Below are positions 1 to 5,368 of a stretch of DNA of 10,400 nucleotides, piece by piece. The notes beneath the pieces are model-generated. The model was not told the DNA's origin. It saw only the letters and a list, made by a program, of their open reading frames with translations, and did no database searches. The translations under genes and the position numbers were made by a program. Position 1 is the stretch's first letter. Every line of letters starts with the position of its first letter. The stretch is taken from NCBI GenBank assembly GCA_045863855.1, contig BTVV01000174.1:1-10400 (forward strand), given 5' to 3'. This DNA comes from Planctomycetota bacterium (GTDB lineage: Bacteria > Planctomycetota > SZUA-567 > H5-PLA8).

Positions 1-108
1 CAGTACACGAGCGCGGTCCGGATCGAAACGCCCGAGGTGCTGAGCGGTCCGCGCGAGGCCCGTGCCAGCGACCATTGCGCGCTACGGCTGGACTTCGATC
101 TGAGTTGA
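1..108 (+). CDS. 3' end (partial) of a probable endonuclease/exonuclease/phosphatase (EEP) family protein
   Basis: Not in the ORF track. Frame 1 is open from base 1 and reads QYTSAVRIETPEVLSGPREARASDHCALRLDFDLS*, with TGA at 106-108. A terminal ASDH motif followed by an alternating hydrophobic beta strand is the typical C-terminal signature of EEP-fold proteins. Only 35 codons are visible. Confidence 0.65.
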   Translation, partial: QYTSAVRIETPEVLSGPREARASDHCALRLDFDLS

Positions 109-123
109 CGTTGGCCGGCGCGA

Positions 124-471
124 TCAACTATCCGGCGATTCGTTTTCGAACTCTCGAATCAGTTTCAACTTCATCCACCCACTCGAGCGAATGTGTCCGC
201 AATCCGGGCAGTCCATCGACATGCCTTCGTCCGCGCTGCCGCCCGCAGGGCCAGATTTTGCGCAAAATGGACAGCGCATGCGCAAGCGGCCCAATGCCAT
301 AAGCACGCCCAGCAGACCTCCGGTCAGGCCCAGCGGAATAAGCAAGCTTAAAGCAATCGTGCGCACCAGATTCCAGGCCGGATTCGATTCGCAAAGCGAT
401 GTCACCAGCAGCACTGCAAGGAGTGCGCCGCCACCCACCTTGGCCGCGTAGAACCAAAGGCCGAAAGGCAC
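124..471 (-). CDS. Small membrane protein, two predicted TM helices plus C-terminal CxxC-x17-CxxC zinc ribbon (115 aa, hypothetical)
   Basis: GTG start lies 4 nt after the nitroreductase stop, with an SD-like GGTGA upstream. Hydrophobic segments are at about aa 4-26 and 38-61. CPFC is at aa 67-70 and CPDC at aa 88-91. The ORF exactly fills the gap between the nitroreductase and the convergent EEP gene. Confidence 0.65.
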   Translation of the reverse strand: MPFGLWFYAAKVGGGALLAVLLVTSLCESNPAWNLVRTIALSLLIPLGLTGGLLGVLMALGRLRMRCPFCAKSGPAGGSADEGMSMDCPDCGHIRSSGWMKLKLIREFENESPDS

Positions 472-475
472 GCCG

Positions 476-1078
476 TTACTTCACCGCGCTCGATGCTTGT
501 CCCCAGGTTCCGCCGAATACGATTTCGCTCAGCGGCTTGCGCCCGCGTGGCGCGGTATCGCGCCCGCGCAGCGCTTCGGGCGCTTGAGCCGGATCGGCCG
601 CGTAGCCGATCGCCAGCGCGGTGAAGACCTCGAAGCCCGCCGGCACGCCGAAGACGCTGCGCCCTTTCTCGGGATCGAGCCCAATCATCTGGTGGACGTG
701 CAGTCCGCGCGCGGTGGCTTCGACGGTCAAGCTCGCCGCGGCAAGCCCGAGGTCGTGCTCGGCGGCCTTGTTGGGCTTCCCGTTGCGTTCGAAGCTCCGG
801 CCGATCACGCCCAGTGCCAGGACCGGCGCACGCTGCGCCCAAGCTTGGTTGGCCTCGATGAGCACGCTCAACACCTTGGCGTACTGCTCGGGCTGATCCT
901 TCGTGCCCACGATGAAGCGCCAGGGCTGCTCGTTGTAGGACGACGCGGCCCAGCGCGCGGCTTCGAAGATCGAGCGCAGATCCTCGGTCTTGACCGGGCG
1001 TTCGTCGTACCAGTAGGGGCTCCAGCGCTTGGCCAGCAGTTCGTGAATCGGGTAACTCGGTTGGGCTTGCTTGCTCAT
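476..1078 (-). CDS. Nitroreductase family flavoprotein (200 aa)
   Basis: Motifs KRWSP, FEAARWAASSYNEQPWRFIV, HDLGLAAASLTVEATARGLHVHQMIG, ALAIGY and RGRKPLSEIVF. SD AAGGA lies upstream of the ATG. Confidence 0.95.
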   Translation of the reverse strand: MSKQAQPSYPIHELLAKRWSPYWYDERPVKTEDLRSIFEAARWAASSYNEQPWRFIVGTKDQPEQYAKVLSVLIEANQAWAQRAPVLALGVIGRSFERNGKPNKAAEHDLGLAAASLTVEATARGLHVHQMIGLDPEKGRSVFGVPAGFEVFTALAIGYAADPAQAPEALRGRDTAPRGRKPLSEIVFGGTWGQASSAVK

Positions 1079-1138
1079 GGTCGATTCCTTTTAAAAGAGG
1101 GCTTGGGTTTGGACTTCTTGAGCGGCCATCCTGCCGCT

Positions 1139-1861
1139 TCAGGCCAGATCGAACAATAGCACTTCCGCATGCTCGCCGGCTTGTAATTCCAGCCGGCCCA
1201 ATCCTTCGGCGGCGGCGCCATCGCCGGCGGCCAGAGCCGCGCCGTTCAGCGTGACGTTTCCGCGCAGGACCTGCACCCACGCGCCGCGCCCCCCGGTAAG
1301 CTCGTGCGAAAGCGTACGGTTGGACTCGAGCCGCGCGAGTTTCACGATCGCGTCCTGCCGGATCGGCAGCGCGCCGCCGTGCCCGATGGGCGCGGCGATC
1401 ACCTGCCAGCGGTTGTGCGCATCGGCCGGATTCAGGTCGAGTTGCCCGTAGACGGGCTTGAGTCCGCGCTGCGCGGGCAGGATCCAGATCTGATACAGGT
1501 GCACGGGCCGCTCGTCGGAGGCGTTGAACTCGCTGTGCTCGATCCCCGCTCCGGCGCTCATGTATTGGAAGGATCCCGCGGGGAGCGCCTCGGCGTGCCC
1601 GAGGCTGTCGCGATGGGCGAGCGCGCCGTCGAGGACATAGGTGAGGATCTCCATATCGCGGTGGGGGTGTTCGCCGAAACCCATGCCCGGAGCGATGCGG
1701 TCTTCGTTCATGACGCGCAGCGAACGGAAGCCCATCCAGGCCGGATCGCGATAGCCTCCGAACGAGAAGGTATGTCGCGCGTCGAGCCAGCCGTGGTCGA
1801 AGCGCCCGCGCTCGGCTGCCGGGCGGAAGGTCAGGGTGGGGGTGGGTGCGGTGACGTTCAT
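1139..1861 (-). CDS. Pirin family bicupin (YhhW / quercetin 2,3-dioxygenase-like, 240 aa)
   Basis: Motifs RG-x-x-DHGWLDARHTFSF, GFRSLRVMNED, GFGEHPHRDMEI, MSAGAGIEHSEFN and QIWILP. The metal ligands H65, H67, H109 and E111 are all present. SD AAAGGGA. Confidence 0.95.
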   Translation of the reverse strand: MNVTAPTPTLTFRPAAERGRFDHGWLDARHTFSFGGYRDPAWMGFRSLRVMNEDRIAPGMGFGEHPHRDMEILTYVLDGALAHRDSLGHAEALPAGSFQYMSAGAGIEHSEFNASDERPVHLYQIWILPAQRGLKPVYGQLDLNPADAHNRWQVIAAPIGHGGALPIRQDAIVKLARLESNRTLSHELTGGRGAWVQVLRGNVTLNGAALAAGDGAAAEGLGRLELQAGEHAEVLLFDLA

Positions 1862-1891
1862 GGCGTATCCCTTTCTTGAGAGCCCCTAAAC

Positions 1892-1907
1892 AGTTGTTCC
1901 AACAACT
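1892..1907. promoter_or_regulatory. Putative MarR operator upstream of pirin: AGTTGTT-CC-AACAACT
   Basis: Perfect 7-bp inverted repeat with a 2-nt spacer, AT-rich in a GC-rich background, 30 nt upstream of the pirin ATG. It matches the site upstream of marR at 14 of 16 positions. Confidence 0.75.
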
Positions 1908-1956
1908 ATATGGCGCGAAGTCAACTCATTATTCCGGCGCCGCGCGCCGGGCCTAA

Positions 1957-2442
1957 TTACGCTCCTTGGTTCTCCGGGTGCAGGCGCGCTTTGGTGAGGA
2001 GTTCGCTGAACGTGCGCAATTCGGCGCGGGTCAGGTGCCCGAGCAGTCCGCGGACGGTCTTGGCGACGGGATCGTCGAGGGAAGCCAGGAGTTTAGAGCC
2101 GGCCGGGGTGATGCGGGCGAGGACGACGCGGCGGTCCGCGTCGGAGCGCGTGCGGCGCACCCAGCCTGCGTCTTCCAGGCGATCGAGCAACCGCGTGATA
2201 TCCGGTTCGCGGGTGACCATGCGCGCGGCGACTTCCAGGCATGGCAGGCCCCCGTCGCCGGCGCGACGCAGGATACGCAGGATGTTGTATTGGGCATGCG
2301 AAAGCCCGTGGCCTTTCAGGAGCGCGGCGGCCGGTCCCAGCAGTTCTCCGTGCGTGCGCAGCAGGTTTAAGAAAGCTTCCTCTTCGGCCGAGGCGAAGGG
2401 CCGGGACTGTTTGAGTTCGGCTTGAAGCGTGCGGTTGGGCAT
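1957..2442 (-). CDS. MarR family winged-helix transcriptional regulator (161 aa)
   Basis: Motifs GLSHAQYNILRIL, helix-turn-helix EVAARMVTREPDITRLLDRLEDAGWV and wing DRRVVLARITPAG. Confidence 0.95.
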   Translation of the reverse strand: MPNRTLQAELKQSRPFASAEEEAFLNLLRTHGELLGPAAALLKGHGLSHAQYNILRILRRAGDGGLPCLEVAARMVTREPDITRLLDRLEDAGWVRRTRSDADRRVVLARITPAGSKLLASLDDPVAKTVRGLLGHLTRAELRTFSELLTKARLHPENQGA

Positions 2443-2469
2443 GGCGAGTCGTCCTCGATCAACCGACGA

Positions 2470-2498
2470 ACTATACCTTCGCTCAATAGATGTTTCAA
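2470..2498 (-). promoter_or_regulatory. Predicted sigma70-type promoter of marR: TTGAAA-17 nt-TATAGT
   Basis: On the minus strand the -35 is at 2498-2493 and the -10 at 2475-2470. Both are 5/6 matches to consensus with exact 17-nt spacing, ending 27 nt upstream of the ATG. Confidence 0.7.
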
Positions 2499-2506
2499 CA
2501 ACTATT
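2485..2506. promoter_or_regulatory. Putative MarR autoregulatory operator: AATAGATGTT-TC-AACAACTATT
   Basis: 10-bp inverted repeat with one mismatch and a 2-nt spacer. It overlaps the predicted marR -35 box, and its core (2488-2503) matches the pirin site at 14 of 16 positions. Confidence 0.75.
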
Positions 2507-2544
2507 TGATGAAAATGCGGATTCCGGGAAGCGCACTCCGCCGG

Positions 2545-3435
2545 CTAATCCTGCATCTGAAAACGCGCGGCGAGAAAGCGCTCGAGGCGCTGGAGCGTGG
2601 GCCAGAAGTGCGGCGCTTTGTTAAACCAGCCGTGCCCGACGTCGGGGTACAGCTCCAGTTCGCAAGGGACGCCGAGTTCGGCGGCGCTGGAGTGGAACGC
2701 GGTAGCTTGCTCCGGCGGCACGGTGGTGTCGTTGGCGCCGTGCAAAATCAGGCAAGGCGGCGCGGAGGGATGCAGGCGGAACTGCGGCGAAGCATCCTTG
2801 AAGCGCTGCGGAGCGTCGGCGACTTCGGCCTGCAGGAGTTTGCGGACGGCTTCTTTGGTACCTTGGCGCACGGCACGGGTGAACAAGTCCAGCACGGGGT
2901 TGAAGAGCACCGCGGCGTTGGCGTGGCTGGAGACGCCCGGGGTGCCGCCGTCGCCTTCGTAGTCGGGCACGCCCGGCGTAAGCGCGACCATGGCCGCCAA
3001 GTGCCCGCCGGCCGAACCGCCGGCGACGGCGATCCGTTCGGGATCGATTTTCCAGCGCTCGGCGCGCGCCCGGACCCAGCGCATGGCGGCCTTTACGTCC
3101 TGCAGGCAAGCCGGGAAAGGCGCTTTATCGGTAAGGCGGTACCGCACGCTTACGGCATAAAAACCGTACTTCCAGGCCAGGTAAGCGGCTTGCCCGAAGA
3201 ATTGCTTCGCGTCGCCTCCGGCCCAGCCGCCGCCGTGAATGAAGACGATGGCCGGACGCTTCCGTTCGGGCCGGGTGTGCCGGTCGAACAGGTCGAGCGT
3301 CAGGGAGTGGTCACCGCCGCGCCCGTAGACCACGTGCTCCTGGCAGGCGATCCCGTGTGGGAGCAGGCGCGTCGCGCCGCCTTCGGTCTGGAGCGCATCG
3401 AGGAAAGCGGCGGATTCGACGGTAGCGTGCGGCAT
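2545..3435 (-). CDS. Alpha/beta hydrolase, HSL-like carboxylesterase / BD-FAE-type carbohydrate esterase (about 296 aa)
   Basis: Oxyanion motif IHGGGW, nucleophile elbow GGSAGG, HGANDTTVP (Asp), VGHGW (His), and YRL...FPACLQDVKAAMRW. I moved the start from the ORF-track 3504 to the ATG at 3435 because SD AAAGGA precedes it and a TATAAT box lies at 3490-3485. Confidence 0.9.
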   Translation of the reverse strand: MPHATVESAAFLDALQTEGGATRLLPHGIACQEHVVYGRGGDHSLTLDLFDRHTRPERKRPAIVFIHGGGWAGGDAKQFFGQAAYLAWKYGFYAVSVRYRLTDKAPFPACLQDVKAAMRWVRARAERWKIDPERIAVAGGSAGGHLAAMVALTPGVPDYEGDGGTPGVSSHANAAVLFNPVLDLFTRAVRQGTKEAVRKLLQAEVADAPQRFKDASPQFRLHPSAPPCLILHGANDTTVPPEQATAFHSSAAELGVPCELELYPDVGHGWFNKAPHFWPTLQRLERFLAARFQMQD

Positions 3436-3484
3436 GGGCGGGGTCCTTTCTTCATTGCGTGCGTTCGGCTTGGAATACAGAACT

Positions 3485-3513
3485 ATTATACCCCGTAAAC
3501 GCATGCTTAGGAA
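3485..3513 (-). promoter_or_regulatory. Possible promoter of the esterase gene: TTCCTA-17 nt-TATAAT
   Basis: Perfect -10 (3490-3485), with a weak -35 (3513-3508) at 17-nt spacing. Confidence 0.5.
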
Positions 3514-3542
3514 TGGGCTGCCGCGCCCTTTGACACGCGCGC

Positions 3543-4841
3543 TTATCGCGCGTAGTCCTTATCTTCCTTGAAGCGCACAAGCGGTTTGGGTTCGTATTCG
3601 ATCACCACGGGCTTTGCGCCGTGGGTGATCGAGAGGCGGCCGGCTTCGATGACCAGTTCGTTGTAGGCGCTGTTGGCGGGCGTGGCCATGATCCCGGCGG
3701 TGTCGAGTTCGGCCATCAGCCTCTGGCGCGTCTGTAGGGCTGTGGCGGCGTTTTGGCCCGCGCAGGCCGCTTCGACGCGCGCGATGGCTTTGACGATGTA
3801 CTCGATGCTGCGGTAGCCGTAGCCGACGGGTTCGAGTCCCGCGCCGCCACGGTCCACTAGCTGGAAGTAGTCGGGGTTATTCTCCATGAAGGCCGTATCG
3901 CCGGGGTCGCCGCCCTTCCTGAGGATCGCATGCTTCACGCCGCGGAATTGGTCGCTGTGCCAGATCATGCCGGCGGCGCCGGGGCCTTCGGTATGCAGCA
4001 CGATGCCTTGCGTATTCCCGCCAGGCCCTTCGTCGGGGTAGCCGAAGCCGTTGACGACGTTTAGCGTCGCGCCGTTTTCCCAGATCACGCGCGCGTCGGT
4101 CCACAGGTAGCCGAGCTTGCCGTTGGGCCACGGTTGCGGCTTGCTGTAGACGCTGACTTCGACCGGGCGCAGGCCGGTGACGAAGGCGACCAGATCGACG
4201 TAATGGCAGCCGATGTAGGTGAAGGCGTCGGAGTTCTCGCACGTGCACCAGTTCTGGAAGTTCGAGTGCATGTAGTAGTATTTCTCGATAAGGTGCGCCT
4301 GCCCGCAGCGGAGTTCGCCGAACTCGCCGTTGCGATAGCGCTTGCGCGCCATCAAGGCGCGGTCGTCGAAGCGCTTGTGGTATTCGATGCCGATGACGAG
4401 TCCCTTCGCGCGCGCGAGGGTTTCGAGTTCCTGCGCTTCGGCGTGGGTCATGACAAAGGGCTTGACGGTGAGCACGTGCTGATCGGCCGCGAGGCATTCT
4501 TTGATCACCGGATAATGCAGATTATCGGGCAGCGCGACGAGGACGCACTGGCGCGGCGGCAGCGCCTTCAAGGCGTCGCGGTAGGCGTGGGGGAAGCTGC
4601 CCTTGGCGTCCACTTTGCGGTAATCGGGGTACATCGCGAACGAATGCCCGGGGAAGCCGTCGAGGAGCCGGCGGTCTTCGGCGAGCGTTTTCATCGTGCC
4701 GGGACGCGTGCCGCAGACGGCCAGATTCCGCACCACACCCAGGCGCTGGAGCTGATACAGCGAGGGCATAATCTGGAGCTGGGTGATCATGCCCGGTCCA
4801 AGCACGGTGACGTCGATGGGCTGCAGGGCCGGCACGGGCAT
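3543..4841 (-). CDS. Gfo/Idh/MocA family NAD(P)-dependent oxidoreductase (432 aa)
   Basis: Rossmann motif VTVLGPGMI, VALPDNLHY, HVLTVKP (variant of the EKP motif), IEYHKRFD, GEFGEL and CHYVD. SD GGAG. Confidence 0.9.
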   Translation of the reverse strand: MPVPALQPIDVTVLGPGMITQLQIMPSLYQLQRLGVVRNLAVCGTRPGTMKTLAEDRRLLDGFPGHSFAMYPDYRKVDAKGSFPHAYRDALKALPPRQCVLVALPDNLHYPVIKECLAADQHVLTVKPFVMTHAEAQELETLARAKGLVIGIEYHKRFDDRALMARKRYRNGEFGELRCGQAHLIEKYYYMHSNFQNWCTCENSDAFTYIGCHYVDLVAFVTGLRPVEVSVYSKPQPWPNGKLGYLWTDARVIWENGATLNVVNGFGYPDEGPGGNTQGIVLHTEGPGAAGMIWHSDQFRGVKHAILRKGGDPGDTAFMENNPDYFQLVDRGGAGLEPVGYGYRSIEYIVKAIARVEAACAGQNAATALQTRQRLMAELDTAGIMATPANSAYNELVIEAGRLSITHGAKPVVIEYEPKPLVRFKEDKDYAR

Positions 4842-4912
4842 GGCGGGGGTTCTCCCTATTAAGAACAGGCGCTTGGGGCGCGAATCGGGTCCGAATCGTC
4901 CGAGGCGGCTCT

Positions 4913-4941
4913 ACTATAGGTAGGAAGGGGCGAAGCTGCAA
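4913..4941 (-). promoter_or_regulatory. Predicted sigma70-type promoter of the Gfo/Idh/MocA gene: TTGCAG-17 nt-TATAGT
   Basis: On the minus strand the -35 is at 4941-4936 and the -10 at 4918-4913, with 17-nt spacing, in the divergent intergenic region. Confidence 0.55.
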
Positions 4942-4993
4942 CGCGGGACGCGCATTCGTGCGGGTAGTGCTATAAAGGGAAGGCGGGAAACCC

Positions 4994-5368
4994 ATGGCCG
5001 TCCGGGAACACGAGTCGATGGTCGATTTGCCTTCACGCGAACCGCTGCAACCGCGCATTCCGTTCAGCATCGGCTACCTGGCGACGGTGGTGATGATGGC
5101 GGTGGTGAACGCGCAGATTTTCGGGCTGCTGGCGCGGCGATTCCAGGACATCCTCGCGCCGGGCACGTCGGCGGCGGTACTTTGCTTTGTCTTCGGCATT
5201 CTCTTCGCCGGCGCGTGTAACCTTTCGGCATCGGGACTGACGCGCTGGGTGCGCCGGCGCGAACTGACGGACCGGATCCTGTGCTTTTTGCTGCTGGAGA
5301 TCCTGGGGCTGACGCTACTGGCGTTGATCGCACCGAATTTTCTGCAACTTCTGGCGCCGGAGGCTTGA
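4994..5368 (+). CDS. Hypothetical membrane protein, about 3 TM helices (124 aa)
   Basis: Three hydrophobic stretches (IGYLATVVMMAVVNAQIFGLL; AAVLCFVFGILFAGACNL; ILCFLLLEILGLTLLALIAP) with an Arg-rich loop between TM2 and TM3. A purine-rich SD-like tract and TGCTATAAA lie upstream. The ORF fills the gap up to the recQ stop. An alternative start is at 5018. Confidence 0.7.
   Translation: MAVREHESMVDLPSREPLQPRIPFSIGYLATVVMMAVVNAQIFGLLARRFQDILAPGTSAAVLCFVFGILFAGACNLSASGLTRWVRRRELTDRILCFLLLEILGLTLLALIAPNFLQLLAPEA

Noticed and set aside
255..268. Perfect 14-bp palindrome ATTTTGCGCAAAAT
   Set aside because: It is a single copy inside a coding region (the PFCAKS codons), far from any predicted promoter, so I cannot distinguish it from chance.
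1088..1097. Palindrome CTTTTAAAAG overlapping the nitroreductase SD
   Set aside because: It is short, low-complexity and unrelated to the MarR operator motif.
1896..1924. Pirin promoter built from TTGACT (1924-1919) and TATAGT (1910-1905)
   Set aside because: The two boxes are only 8 nt apart, and the hexamer at 17-nt spacing (TGGAAC) is poor. A promoter is likely here but I cannot place it.
1934..1950. GC hairpin CCGGCGC-CGC-GCGCCGG just after the marR stop, as a terminator
   Set aside because: It has a 3-nt loop and no U-tract on the minus strand, and such stems are common at this GC content.
3436..3504. N-terminal 23-aa extension of the esterase given by the ORF track
   Set aside because: It overlaps a TATAAT box and the SD (AAAGGA) of the ATG at 3435, so the downstream start is better supported.
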